From the NCBI GenBank assembly GCA_010015585.1, contig ML975167.1: 64,000 bases of DNA. One strand, 5' to 3'. A program made the translations under genes and the position numbers. Below the pieces are notes generated by a model. The model was not told the DNA's origin. It ran no database searches and was given only the letters and a program-made list of their open reading frames with translations. Shown in pieces: positions 13,350-26,077 of this stretch (its first letter is position 1; every line of letters starts with the position of its first letter). The stretch comes from Eremomyces bilateralis CBS 781.70 (taxonomy: Eukaryota).

Positions 13350-15439
13350 ATGTCCAACATACTACCCTCCCGCCGTCGAAATCCAACACGGTCCTTCAAT
13401 TCTCCTCCACCAGCCTCCACCACGGGCCCAGTCCCCATCCCATCCTCATCCGCCGCCCCTCTCCGTTCCTTGACCTCCGACATCCAATCCCGAAGCACCG
13501 CGGACCTCCCACAATCGCTACCCGAAGACGACGGCATGGCAGCATTGCGCGCCAAGATCCATGCCATTCGCGACTCCGTGGAGTCCAATGACGAAAAGGC
13601 GATGCTCATGCACGAGATCATGACGGAGCGCTGGATGGTGCTGAAATACCCGCATCTGGCCCAGGCACAGTCCCCGGCGTCGGCCGTCGGGGCGCAGGTG
13701 GGCATTGGATCGCCTCCAGCTGTTCTGTCGCCATTGGGTTCGCCCACACCGATTCGAGGCATGCGCTTTGCGGGTTCTGATGCATCGGCTGAGGACCCTA
13801 CCAATCCATACAATGTTTGCGAGAAAGACCTCGAACCGAGCTATCGACCGCGGCGAAATCGATCGGACGCTGATGTGCGAGAGGTTCCAACGGAGCAGGA
13901 AGCCGACAAAGAGGGCCCGGATAGTGAGCCAACACAATTGGGGTGCGCACATTACAAGCGCAACGTCAAGCTTCAGTGCGCTACATGTCAAAAGTGGTAT
14001 CCATGCCGGCATTGCCACAATGACGCGGAACCATCCCATGCGCTGCCCCGGCATTTGACGAAAAACATGCTGTGCATGTTGTGCAAGACGCCCCAACCGG
14101 CGGGAGCCACGTGCATCAACTGCACAGAAACAACGGCGTATCACTACTGTGACATATGTAAACTGTGGGACGACGATGTGGACAAGCCGATCTACCATTG
14201 CGCAGATTGCGGGCTATGCCGACGCGGCGAGGGCCTCGGGAAGGACTTCGTTCACTGCAAGGTAGGAACCGTTGTTTATTTATGTAATGACATGATACTA
14301 ATATGCACTAGGAATGCACTGTCTGCATCCTCATCCAACACTTCCCAACCCACCGCTGTCTTCCCCGCGCCACTGATCGCGACTGTCCCATCTGCTTTAC
14401 TTACATGTTCACCTCCTCCGACAGCATCGTCGCCATGCCCTGCGGCCACTATCTCCACCAGAAATGCTACAACGAGTACATGAAACGGGAATACCGGTGC
14501 CCCATCTGTAAGCGCTCCGCCATCAACATGGAATTAGAGTGGCGGAAGCTAGGCGAAGAGATCGAGAGACAGCCGATGCCCGATGAGTACGACGAACATG
14601 CTCATTCAGACTCCGATTCCGGGTCCGATGAGGATCGAATACCCTCCCGGTACAGGAATCCCGGCTCACGACCTGCTCAACGAAGAGGCCCGCGCATGGC
14701 TGCCGTGCGATGCAACGACTGCGGGTCAAGAAGCGACGTACGATTCCACTGGCTCGGATGCAAGTGCTCGCTGTGCGACTCTTACAACACAGACGAGATC
14801 ACCACCAGTGCTTCCGGGCCCGACATCCCTTCTCCTCCCACGTCACCCCCAGGGCTCACCTCCGGCAGCGAAGCCGGCCCCACCAGTCCCGGCTCCGGCA
14901 GTAGCGACGGCCGCCCCCTCAACGCGAGCGGATACGGCGACGCCGAACCGTGGCGGCCGGTATCGTATCTCCTCTGGCGGCGTAGCCGACGCAACTCGGA
15001 GACGAAAGACGATGAGCCCGGCTCGCGGATCCCGTTTAGCCCGATGGACATCATGCAGCGGTTTTCGCGCTCCTTGCCGCCGATTCGGGACTATATCTCG
15101 GCGGATATGGTGAGGGAGTTGGGGATCGGGGATATGGTGAGGGAGCTGGGGATTCGGGTGGTGCCGAATGGGTCGTTCATGCCTCATTTTGGGTCGGGGA
15201 ATCAGGCGGCTGCGGAGGGGGCGGGTGACGCGAATGGAGCGGAGGGGCTGCGCGAACTAGACTTTTGGGGGGTCGCGGGTAGGTTTCTATCAGGAGATGA
15301 GGATGATGGAGATGATGAGGACGACGAAGAAGGGAGTAGTGAGGAAGAGGAGGAGGATGACGATAACCTCGATCTAGAGGATGAGGGGGAGGCGGATGAA
15401 GAGGAAGACATCGATTTCGAGCTGCTGGGGCATCGGTAG
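13350..15439 (+). CDS. CHY zinc-finger / RING-H2 E3 ubiquitin ligase (Pirh2/RCHY1-like)
   Basis: CHY domain (GCAHYKRNVKLQCATC...CRHCHN), CTCHY, RING (CPIC...CGHYLHQKC...CPIC) and zinc ribbon (CNDC...FHWLGCKCSLCDSYNT). Intron 14262-14311 (GTAGGA...ACTAAT...TAG) joins the two ORFs. Acidic C-terminal tail. Confidence 0.92.
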
Positions 15440-15636
15440 CTGAGTGCTTCGGTAAGATGGATATCACGACATTGATGAAGCAACATAGCGCGCGGTTGGG
15501 CAAGGAGCAATTTTTGCATTACTGGAGAGGGGAATTTTCACGATTGATGAACGCTTCTCATTGGCCTTTGCAGGCTAATCATGCATCAATAGGGGTATCA
15601 ACTAAATATTGAGAATCCAATCCGTCATCGGGGACC

Positions 15637-17310
15637 TCACTCCTCTTTCAACCCCTTCTGACCGTTTTGCCGCACGATTTCCCGCCAGTTGGACTTCCAC
15701 ATCCAGCTCTGCGCCCTCTCCAGCCTCCAGTCAAAGCTCCAGATCCCCTTCCAGATCCCATAAATCCCCCCCAACGGCCACGTTTCCAGGATCAAATCCT
15801 TAAAACGCCGGTACGCGCCCCCTGTGTCGGACCGGTTGTTCCGCGACACTTTGTCATACACGGTGGGCAAGCTCGTCGCGGAGTACTTCTCCCGCAACGC
15901 GTCGTACCACTCCGTCGACCGATACATGTCGGCGAATTCCCCCTTCTCGTAATGCGTGTGCGCGTACAGCCATTTCTGGCCCTGCAGCTCGTGCACCTTG
16001 TCCTCCAGCGTGCGGTTGAGCTTGCGGAAATCAAGGTCTTTCCTCCAACCGGTCGTCTCTTCGTGCGGGATTCCCCAGACGCCGACGTTCAGCATGACGC
16101 CCTTGTCGTTGGTGGCGTCGGTCGCCCCCTGCGGTCGGAGAAGGTGCGGGTGGAAGCTGCCGCGCTCGCTGCCCGCGGTGAAGGTGTCGACTTTGACGGG
16201 GCAGAGCCAAAGCGGCCAGATGTTCATGGCGCCGATGTTGTTGGTCTTTTCGGATCCGTTCATCCACTCCAAGAACTCCTCAGCCACCGCGGTGGGGCTG
16301 CCCTGTTTGCCTTGGTGCGCATGATTGAACGGCACGGCGCAGTCCTGGACGATGATGTGTTTGCCCTGTCCGCTGGCGTGGAGCGATCGATACGCCATGC
16401 GCGGCCGTAGGAAATCGTCCAGGAACCAGCGCATGAGGCGATTGAACGGGACGAAGAAGAAGTAACGGAACATGCTTCGGGCCACCCAGAAGGTCCCACG
16501 GTTATATCGGAAGAGATATGAAGGGAGGGTGGTTGCAAATTTGTATGGTTGCGAGGTGGGATCGCTGGTCATCTCTTTGGCATGCAAATAGTACCATGGG
16601 TCATTGGGTCGGACGAATTCAACGAGAGGCATCGACGGAAGAGGCTTGGAGACCATCTTGCCAGTGACCACCACACCGTGCGAATGATTGTACAGGATAC
16701 CATCAACATAGTCTAAATCATTAGCGGCCGGGTCCTTTGACAGCTCGTAGGTCAACTCGATCGCCTCTTTCGAGCTGTTGGTCCGGTGGTATGTCACCTC
16801 GACATATTCCTTGGCTTCTAGCAGGTTCAACTCGACGAGCGTCACAACGCCCAGCGAACCGACGGCCCCCGCCCCGCCTCTAAATAGGTCTTTCCGCTCC
16901 GATTCCGAGACCTTGACCACCTCGCCGTCCGCAAGGACCATCTCCACCCAATTCAGCGTCCGGTCGAAGAATCCGTGGCGGAACGAGCTGGACTCGCCGG
17001 AGGTGCCAGCATACCCGCCGCCCGCGGTAATGCCGGGGAATTCCATCACCACCGGGGGGACCAGTCCGTATTGGAGGGTCGTCTGGACCAGGCGGTCCAT
17101 GGGCACATTGGGCTCAACAAGAGCGGTCCTCGTGTTCCGGTCGACTTTGAGGACATGGTTGAGGCGGCTCATGTCCACATGATTCTCTTTGAGAGACGGT
17201 TTACGGGTGCTGTTAGTCGAGCCATGGTAGATGCGGAAGGGCTCGCCCTTGCTGTATAGGGAGCGAACGCGGGATGCGATCTCCTTGACGGCAAGATCGT
17301 GTGGCTTCAT
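15637..17310 (-). CDS. FAD-linked oxidoreductase, delta(24)-sterol reductase (DHCR24)-like
   Basis: Single 557-aa ORF with FAD_binding_4 motifs (VEPNVPMDRLV, PPVVMEFPGITAGGGYAGTSGESSSFRHGFF) and C-terminal PLWLCP, KWLYAHTHY and LPTVYDKV. Confidence 0.88.
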   Translation of the reverse strand: MKPHDLAVKEIASRVRSLYSKGEPFRIYHGSTNSTRKPSLKENHVDMSRLNHVLKVDRNTRTALVEPNVPMDRLVQTTLQYGLVPPVVMEFPGITAGGGYAGTSGESSSFRHGFFDRTLNWVEMVLADGEVVKVSESERKDLFRGGAGAVGSLGVVTLVELNLLEAKEYVEVTYHRTNSSKEAIELTYELSKDPAANDLDYVDGILYNHSHGVVVTGKMVSKPLPSMPLVEFVRPNDPWYYLHAKEMTSDPTSQPYKFATTLPSYLFRYNRGTFWVARSMFRYFFFVPFNRLMRWFLDDFLRPRMAYRSLHASGQGKHIIVQDCAVPFNHAHQGKQGSPTAVAEEFLEWMNGSEKTNNIGAMNIWPLWLCPVKVDTFTAGSERGSFHPHLLRPQGATDATNDKGVMLNVGVWGIPHEETTGWRKDLDFRKLNRTLEDKVHELQGQKWLYAHTHYEKGEFADMYRSTEWYDALREKYSATSLPTVYDKVSRNNRSDTGGAYRRFKDLILETWPLGGIYGIWKGIWSFDWRLERAQSWMWKSNWREIVRQNGQKGLKEE

Positions 17311-17670
17311 GTCTGACTATGGATTAAGTAATAAATAAATAATAATAATATAGCTTTATTGAGAAATAAAATGAGCGAGCGACTTGGACTTTTTGTAGTT
17401 GTCAACGGAATGTCTTGGTCTTTCGAGATTCTTTGAAGATCGAGGTCGGAATTCCACTATTCCTGGTCGGGACTAGGGCGCCAAGAAATTCAAGCGAGTT
17501 CCGCACAACTCAACCAACACACCCGCTTCACGATTCCTCAGGTCACTTCTCTCTACGACTTCTGTTTATTATACCTCCATTTCCACTCCCGACTTTGTAC
17601 GGCACCTGTACGTTCCGATCTCAAGACACCGAATCTCCAGACACTAACCCCGCGGTCCTTGCAGCTCGCG

Positions 17671-18190
17671 ATGGCGAAGTCGAAAACCACCACCAAGGCC
17701 GCTGGCAAAACCCAGCGCAGCGCCATTGCTGACGTTGTCGCCCGCGAATATACCATCCACCTCCACAAGCGAGTACGTCAATCCATCGCCCCGTTCGGAG
17801 TGGTTGCAATGGCTGCGACGGGAATTGAGAGAGTAGACAGAACTGACCGATGACTAGATCTTCGGCGCCGCATTCAAGAAGAGAGCACCCAAGGCCATCA
17901 AGGAGATCCGGAAATTCGCCGAGCTGGCAATGGTTTGTCTCGGATGGTCCATCCCGTCGGGCATGCGTGGCTAACTATGGGAAAAGGGCACCAAGGACGT
18001 CCGACTCGACCCACAACTGAACAAGAAGGTCTGGGAATCCGGCATCAAGGGTGTCCCATACCGATTACGGGTGCGAATCTCCCGCAAGCGAAACGACGAG
18101 GAGGGCGCACAGGAGCGGCTCTACAGCTACGTCCAGGCCGTCAATGTCAAGAACGCCAAGGGCCTGCAGACGGTTGTGGTGGAAGAGTAA
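17671..18190 (+). CDS. RPL31: 60S ribosomal protein L31 (eL31)
   Basis: Exons 17671-17772, 17858-17932 and 17987-18190 give [35 protein letters not shown]...DVRLDPQLNKKVWESGIKGVPYRLRVRISRKRNDEE. A 5'-UTR intron ends near 17664. Confidence 0.97.
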
Positions 18191-18413
18191 AAGCTGATCG
18201 GGTGCGCACGGCGCCGGCATAGGACACCACTGGGCATATTCTGGCGCAATGGGTGGATAATCGTAACGCACAAGACTACGAAGGGATTCGGCGATGGACA
18301 GCGTCTCTCGAGTCGAAAAGAAGCGGAAAGAAGGTCCTCCGATCATGTATTCATGGGATCAAAATATCATTCAATGCTCTAACGACTCCAGTCGGTCGGT
18401 CTAGTTGTTCGGT

Positions 18414-20634
18414 CTATTTGTTCTCGCTATGCTGGTGGCGCTCGTTCAAGCCCTCTACTCCCTTGCCCCATGCACCAGCTTTCTTCCCCCACCGTACAAC
18501 ACCCCATGCATGTTCGACACCAATCTTGGGTGGTGGCTCAACCATCGTGCGAAAAGAGTTTCCGCCGTTCCTAAATACCGCGTCATCTCCCTCTCCAGGT
18601 CGAATCGATGTGTGTTGATAAAGTTCTTTGTTATGCAGTTCGTCTCGTTTAAGTTCCCAGGTCCTCACATCCGCCGCGATCGGCTTCCACCGGCCTACTT
18701 GTTCCGCCTGAGCCCACCATCGCGCGCCACACATTTCCCATAACCTGCTTTCCGCTCGTCGGAAGGCAAACTTCTCGTCTTCCCCCGTGAATTGTCCTAT
18801 GCGAGCGAAGTCCGGGGCCGGACGCTGCGTGCTAGATTCCAGGTCCCCTTCTTTAAACTTCCTTCCTAGTGCTTGACGTAGCAGTCGATTGGGCGGATCA
18901 TCCTCCAGCGCATCCGCAGGCAGGGAGGAAGAATCGTATGATGCGACATTCGGCCGGAATGGCGCGGTGGCGTCCTGATAGGCATCCGAAAAGGATTCTG
19001 CATGGATTGCGTCGGCTTCGGGTTCGTCCATGCTATCCTCTGGCGCTCTCCCGCCCCTCTTTGTCCCCGACAGAGCACGGTTTGAGCCTCTAACTCGGCC
19101 GACTCCAGCATCTTGACTGGCGCGCTCGGTCGGGAAAAACAAGTCGTCGACCGCAGCCTCCGCCGTCATCATGAGGCGGCATCGGCATTCATACATAGCG
19201 TCGATCAGGGTGATGAATCGTCGAGCTTCGTTCCGCCGTCGATTCGTCAGCACAGGAGCATCCATCAGCACCACCGTTTTAAAGGCCGATGCGATGCTGA
19301 TGTAGTCCGCCGGTCCCAAGCTCGCCTCACAAAGCTCTTCGAACGTTGCGAAGAGGGTGGAGGAAGGCTCGTGGGTCTTTGGGAACATCAGAGTGCGTCC
19401 AAACACTGAAAGAGACTTTGGCTTTAGGTTGGAGTCGTCCGAGATTGATTTCCCGATCCACTTCTGTAGTTTGCTTCGTACCATGACATCGTCGTACGAA
19501 CCGACCCCAATCAAGTAGAACTCTGGTAGTTGAACGTTAGCATTTCCTGAGCCACCCATTGGTTCGTGAGGCTTCTTTAACCCCGAATCGGAATCGGCAA
19601 CAGCAGTGGACGCCAGCTGTACACTATCTCTTCGTCTGTAGTCCTTTTTACTATCCACCTGCCAGTCATCGCATCTTGCATTCAGGAGTTCCAGGAAGTT
19701 AGCGAACTCGCCCCGCCCACCATCTCGAACGGCTGTATGCCTAGGTCTTGCACGTAACCCGAAACGCCATTTGATGGAGTCTAACCGGCTAGGGGGGAGA
19801 CCGAACTGGATGCCCGCCGCCTTTGCCAGTTCTTCCGGCATGCGATTGCTGGTTGCAATCAACACGCCACCTAGCTGGAAGAAGCTCGTCATAAGGTTCG
19901 CCATAATCTTCGACGAAGCCCGATCGGGCAGCTGAAACTCGTCGAGGAAGAGAATCGGAGAGGTGGAGATGAGGTCCTTGGCGACGCGAAGCAACGAATG
20001 TTCGTCCTGAAGAAGACTGCGCCCTGCCACCATGCTTGTGCCTACACGCTCATGACGGATCCTCTCCAGCTTTGACACGGTCTCCAACATAAACGTGCTA
20101 AAATGCCACCTTCTCTTCTTATTGCTCGGGAGGCAGTCGGCAAACAGGTCGATAAGCATACTCTTCCCGGTGCCCACTTCGCCATGAAGCAGCAGGCCTT
20201 TCGGGGAATCGATGTGCATCGCCGATTCATGGTCAGTAAGCACTCGGGTTAGGGCCATCGTATCCCTTTGCTCTTTCTGGGCGATAAGTGATTGCCAAAC
20301 TCCCTGAGCTCCCACCGATCGGGCTCGTCGAGGCGTCCCGTTGCCATTTTCATTCTCAATTACTCGGCTTAATTGACTGAGTCGAGCACTATACGAAGCC
20401 GTCGGCTCATAATTTATTAAACGGTCATAGAGCTTTTGCAAATGGATCGCTGTTTTGAAAGCGTTTAGCTATATATGCCTCGACAATGCTACTAACTCGT
20501 CTCGTCGTCAGTGACGTACCTAATCTATATTGGGCCGGATCAGGCAAGATCCTTTTGGTGGCAACCAGACTTTGGTAGAGTACCAGGGGATTGGTGATAG
20601 CCAATTCCCGTGAAACAGGCGGGAAAGGCGACAT
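18414..20634 (-). CDS. AFG1/ZapE-family mitochondrial AAA+ ATPase
   Basis: Exon 1 is 20634-20520, intron 20450-20519. Walker A KGLLLHGEVGTGKS, Walker B ILFLDEFQ, plus ATSNRMPEEL, LGPADYI and ARRFITLIDAMYE. Confidence 0.9.
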
Positions 20635-20878
20635 TTCAGGATTTCGAATGAAAGATTGAACTGTATCGATTCCAGTCCATGAGGTGTAACCGGGTATACT
20701 CGGCCAATCCTCGGAAATGCTCCCATCCCCTGTACTTCACTCTGAGTGATCCATATCGTGAAACCGTCTTTCATATCTGGCGCAAATCCTTTTATGGTCG
20801 ATACTCTGGACTGTTGAGTAGCGGTAGGCAAAGAGGATGGCTTCGTGTACAATAGTGACTCGTCAACCATAAATGGCT

Positions 20879-21518
20879 CTACAGACTTGTGACCCCTGGT
20901 GCCCATTTCTCTCCAATCCTCCTCACTTCGCTAATGAACTTCTCACTCGTGATCTGGCTTGATTCAAACGACTGCTCAGACTTGTTTGGCAGAACTGAGT
21001 GTTGGTCAGGGTCGTAAAAAGGATTCCTCAACAGCCCAATATAAGCCGTCTGTAGGGCTCGGAATGCCTGAAAATCGCGACATTAGCCGTTCTATAGCGC
21101 AAATCAACCCAGACTAGAACTCACAGGCTTTAAATCTGCATCCCGTAACCCAACTGCGCCTGGATTCTTTCCAGTTGATGGGGTCGCTCCACCCTCCATA
21201 TCCACGACGATGACGAATTTGACTCCCGTACTGGTGACCCAACCATACATTGCGAGACGCTCGTCAACTGCTTGAAGGAGTCCAAAATCTTGCTCGGCTG
21301 TCCGGTAAGGCATTCGAGCCTCGAAAATATCTAAACAGGACGATAATAAAAACGAGAATTCCAGAGCTGGGCGTTTGCCTGGCGGAAAGAGAGATATGTG
21401 AAGCGGATTATTCTAGAATGACAAGTTTAAAACCCGACCGCCAAAGATTATTCGGGGATGGGTTTACCTTTCTTCCTATGACTCCAATACATGCTATTGC
21501 TGGAGATCGTCCCGCCAT
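20879..21518 (-). CDS. Sedlin/longin-fold TRAPP complex subunit (TRAPPC2L/Tca17-like)
   Basis: Three exons give MAGRSPAIACIGVIGRK / NNPLHISLF...CLDIFEARM...DFGLLQAVDERLAMYGWVTSTGVKFVIVVD / AFRALQTAYIGLLRNPFYDPD...KFISEVRRIG. Confidence 0.85.
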
Positions 21519-21892
21519 TGTTGATTAAGGAGAGATATCCCGGAGGCTCGCTCGGCACAAGAGAGGGAGGTATGATTGTTTCGCACTACATTCAGCGTCA
21601 CATCACAGACAGTATTGAATAAGGACAATGTTGGGTTATTAAGGGCCAGTTCGTAGAATGTGAGCAGCTTCAGTCCGATATCTGCAATCGTGAAGCCAAA
21701 AGATGGAAGCTGGGTTGCTAGCTAATACGACGTTCTGATTGGCTCCTTGCGCTTCGAAAGTAAAGAATGGTCCGTGCACATTTCGGTTGTTCATCACCAG
21801 CTTCGACATCGCCGTATCTGACCCCTCAAGCTTGCCACCGTCGTCCTCGCCGCCATTCCTTCTAAGCGTTTCGCTTTTTATTTCTCTCGATA

Positions 21893-22763
21893 ATGTCGGT
21901 GACAATGCTCTCGACGGCGAGGTCAACCGCGTCAATGGCGCTTCGCGGTTTGTGACCCAGCAGTGGTTGTGAGAATGCCTTTCTAATACCACAACAGCCA
22001 AGCCATCAACAGCGATGATTCTGCCGAGAGCCTTTCCGATAGCATCGATATCGACATCTTCTTCGAAAGGCGCTGCCCCTACAACCGGGTCCCCCGGTCT
22101 GGTTAAGGGAAATCCGCCTCCTCCACCGGCTATGAAGAAGATGAAGGGGGGCGACAACGTGCCTCTGCCGACTCAAGAAGGGACGAAGGGGGCTGTTCAA
22201 TATGCCCTGTATGTTTCTCCAGTACATTCCCACGCCGAAGCAAACCACTGACGCTAGCCACACAGGACGACGCTTGACCAAGTCGCCAATTGGGCCCGAC
22301 AGAGTTCGTTATGGCCCATGACCTTCGGTCTCGCATGCTGCGCCATCGAGATGATGCATCTCTCCACACCACGATACGATCAGGATCGATTAGGAATCAT
22401 TTTCCGCGCTTCGCCACGACAGTCGGACGTCATGATTGTTGCCGGGACATTAACGAACAAGATGGCTCCCGCCTTGAGAACCGTCTACGATCAGATGCCG
22501 GAGCCCCGATGGGTGATATCAATGGGCAGCTGTGCTAATGGTGGCGGCTACTATCATTACAGCTACAGTGTGACTAGAGGATGTGACAGGGTCGTGCCAG
22601 TTGACATTTATGTCCCTGGATGCCCCCCGACATCCGAGGCGCTGATGTACGGCATCTTCCAACTGCAAAAGAAGGTATGCTATCCCCTTGGAGATCGTTT
22701 GATCAGAGCTAATTCTCCTAGATGCGACACACAAAGATCACCCGGATGTGGTACAGGAAGTAA
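21893..22763 (+). CDS. NDUFS7: NADH:ubiquinone oxidoreductase PSST (20 kDa) subunit
   Basis: [46 protein letters not shown] and [11 protein letters not shown]. The last exon is [13 protein letters not shown]. Three introns and a transit-peptide-like N-terminus. Confidence 0.96.
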
Positions 22764-22982
22764 AGCTGTTCGTGCGGTTCATGCATCGGCGTTTGGCAGA
22801 CGGTGGAAGATTGTACATATCCCCTGAATCAATCGCGTTGGAACGTGCGAATCCAATGAAATTGGTATCTCGAATTGATCCGATGTTTTGGGGCCACTAT
22901 AAGTGATGCAAGTGATGCACTATGCTAAGCCAGAGCCCATACCCCGTGTACGCCATTCTCTGATGTGTCGTCCCATCCTCGT

Positions 22983-23488
22983 TTATGACCGCGGCTTTTC
23001 CTTCTTCTCCTTCCACAGTGCGGACAAGCCAACACCCGAAACCTTGACAACCTTGAAGCGCACACCGGGAATATCACCCTTTGCCTTACCCTTGCGACCG
23101 AAACCGGCCAGGAGGACCTCGTCGTTCTCGTCGACAAAGTTCAAGCAACCGTCATTGGGAACTTTCGAAACGTTAGCATTTTATCCCATCGGAGAATCGG
23201 TCACTCCGAGGAGCGCGGGGCGGACTCACCGAAAGCAGTGACTTTCTTGCCGTTCTTGATCAGCTGAACACGCACGCACTTTCGGATGGCGGAGTTAGGC
23301 TGTTTCGCTTCGACACCGACTTTCTCGAGGACGATTCCCTTGGCGTGTGAAGAGCCGCCGAACGGAGAGGACTTGTAGGCAGTTCCGAGGGCACGCTTCT
23401 TGTAGGACAGATCGGCCCATCGTTGATCGCGACGGTGGTTCTTGAGTTTGCGGGCGGCGTTAAGACCGGCCGGCTTGCCTTTACCCAT
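22983..23488 (-). CDS. RPS23: 40S ribosomal protein S23 (uS12)
   Basis: [15 protein letters not shown]...[39 protein letters not shown], one intron (~23162-23230), then [58 protein letters not shown]. Confidence 0.97.
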
Positions 23489-24007
23489 GATTGCTAGATG
23501 TCAAATCAGTCACTGTTCGATCCTTCCATTGAAAATTAGCACGGCTATGGCACTCACCGATAGAAACTGGTTAATATCGCAACGGCGGCTTGTTGATGAA
23601 GGGCTGATGTCGTGGTGGTGCTGTGAGGTAGAATTCGATGTGGGATTTCGGAGTGGTGGGTGGGTCCTGCAGGAAAAACGCTGCTCCGAAGACCCCAATG
23701 TCACGTGAAATATTATGTCACGTGCACATCGATCATCAACACTGGAGTCGAAACCGATCACTCAGCGAAATTACTTACAGTGAGATACTTCCTTTCAGTC
23801 CCATGTAATCCCTTTGCAGCCTTGCTATGTAATTGCCAAAGATGCTTTGTAATTGCCCGTACGGACATGCAAGAATCAATTTGTCTGGGGGAATTTGAAA
23901 AATTGTACTCCGTAACACCCGGGTCGTCGACTCGTCGTACATGACCAACCTCTGCATCAAAGCTCCAAGTTAAGAGGATACTTCGCCATTGCTTAAACTC
24001 GGTAGCA

Positions 24008-24856
24008 ATGTCATCAGGCAAGGCGCCGCTAGGGCGTACTCCGTCTCAGAGACTTCCAGCACCCTCATTGTTCGTTGGCCCTCCATCGAGAAATGCATCA
24101 GCGACGTCCCTTTTGTCACCACAAGTCACAGCATCTGGACGCGTTCCCTTAATACGGCAGAGGTCCCATACTGCTACGAGAAAGGGTGCACCTGGAGGAG
24201 GGGAAGCTGAAGCCGGCCCGAGTACTTTGCAAAAAGCTTACCCGAGAAGACAAGATCCGGAAGCGCATCTTGAGCAGCGGCGAAATGAGCGCACCGATGC
24301 AGCGTGGGCAGAACTGCAGAATACGCTGGAAGAGGTGGAACTGTGTGCTATGAATGAAACGCACATCTTCGGTCCGAACCACGCCAAAGCCTTGGATGAC
24401 TTGAGGACCGCACAGTTGGCCTTGGCGCAAGCATGGGCGAAAGGGGAGATCGAAGATGAGAGCGAGGCTACGACGAAAGACACCTCGGGGAATGTTCCGG
24501 AATGTTCCAATGCCCTTGACCAAGAGGCGGATCGCAAAGGAGCAGGTCCTTCCCAGGAGAAAGACGCCGGGAGAAACAGGAGTAGTTCAGTGAAGAGCGC
24601 GGCAAGCGGAAAGAGTCAGCTGGAGGAAGAAACCGAAAATGACATCCTCCTTGCGCGGAAGAGACGAGAAGCGAATGACCGCCACTTCAAGAAGGTCAAT
24701 ACTGGTGTCTTGGATGTCGTGGCTAAGCTCGGGGAGGTTTCAAAGGCAATGAAGGAGGTTGAGATCGAGAGTCGCGAGATCTGGGGGGAAGGAGAGAGTC
24801 TCGACATGAATTCAGTGAACGCTAGTGAGAGAGAGGCCTACCGCAAACCATCCTGA
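24008..24856 (+). CDS. Hypothetical fungal protein (282 aa, coiled-coil rich)
   Basis: Intact ORF with protein-like composition (AWAELQNTLEEVEL...HAKALDDLRTAQLALAQAW; ARKRREANDRHF...GVLDVVAKL) among core genes. Confidence 0.75.
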   Translation: MSSGKAPLGRTPSQRLPAPSLFVGPPSRNASATSLLSPQVTASGRVPLIRQRSHTATRKGAPGGGEAEAGPSTLQKAYPRRQDPEAHLEQRRNERTDAAWAELQNTLEEVELCAMNETHIFGPNHAKALDDLRTAQLALAQAWAKGEIEDESEATTKDTSGNVPECSNALDQEADRKGAGPSQEKDAGRNRSSSVKSAASGKSQLEEETENDILLARKRREANDRHFKKVNTGVLDVVAKLGEVSKAMKEVEIESREIWGEGESLDMNSVNASEREAYRKPS

Positions 24857-26077
24857 GGGATCATCAACCAGATTGGAGCGACTGCACTACATATTCGATG
24901 TGGCAGATGTTCCGGACACGACTATTGGTGCTACGATCGCACGTGTCACATCATCGGCAGGACGACATATTCTATCGATCCAGGCTGTCGTGAAAATACA
25001 AAGTATCGACCGATGCGAGGCGACTTGCATCGACAGTCTCAGTCTTCTACTTTCATCCTGGCAAGCGGCGACAGAAACCATTCGGTGTGAGAAGAGCTGC
25101 GCTTGTGTCACTCGAGATCCTGATCTCGAGCCCTTCGCTCCGTATTGCACGAGACGACCCAGAGCAGGGTCGGCTGCCCGTATTTCTAAGAATACCTATT
25201 TCAATAAACGTGATTGAAGGCAGTCGATAGGGAGAGTCTTCAATGCACGGAGGTTATCAATGCAACTAATTGTGTATAAATACTGACATCACACGGTCAC
25301 GGCTAGAACTCGCCTCTCTGGCCAGCATTTGAGTGTGCGTCGTAGCATTTTATCCGTCAGTTGCAGTATACATACCTTACTCCACGACGCCAGTGTAGAA
25401 GCGAATCCTACATTGCATAGTCCTGGTTCTAGACTGGAGCGGAAGGCTTTACATAGCTGTTCGGCGAACAAGAAGCACAACTCATAGTCGCTATTTATAC
25501 CCCAACCGTCATCGTCCCAGGCTACCAGTGCATAAGCTCGAGAAACCGCTTCGGAGTTCGATACGAAGGAGAGAATTTCAAGACAAAACTGCATGATGGA
25601 CGTGGAAATTCTCTATCTAGTTCGAAATATTGGCATCCATGATTTCCTGTGGCTGGCTGTAACATTCTCCATTCCGCCTAGTGTTGAGCGGACGTTGACA
25701 TTTGTTCGAGGTCTTGGTCGTGAGACATACTGGGGCATTGGCTGCTGTCAACAAGGATGCACATGATATGCCACCTAAATTTAGCGCATTCCAAGGCAAT
25801 CTGGCTTTTTCGACGTCGGCTTGCATTATTGGGCTTCTGCTGTAGGGGAGGGGGACTCCATTTACGAGAATTCGATAAACTCCCGCAAGGGGTCGATGGC
25901 CTGGATCTCTTCCGTCCGGTTGCTGCAGAGTAGTTAGTATCATGATCCTTGACCTTTCTGTCATGCGATATTAGATCTCTACGTAATGGCTGTAGGTCCA
26001 TTTCTCGGTATATTAAAGGGATTGAGTATGAAATATAATCTCCACTGCCACCCTCAACTTCCGTCACTCGTTACAAC

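Noticed and set aside
15667..17259. Long antisense and alternate-frame ORFs over the FAD oxidoreductase (and similar ones over the RasGEF, CHY/RING, SCY1 and repeat-protein genes)
   Set aside because: Expected shadows of GC-rich codon usage; no motifs of their own.
24900..26060. Short ORFs between the hypothetical gene and the secreted repeat gene
   Set aside because: No motifs and no coherent exon structure found.
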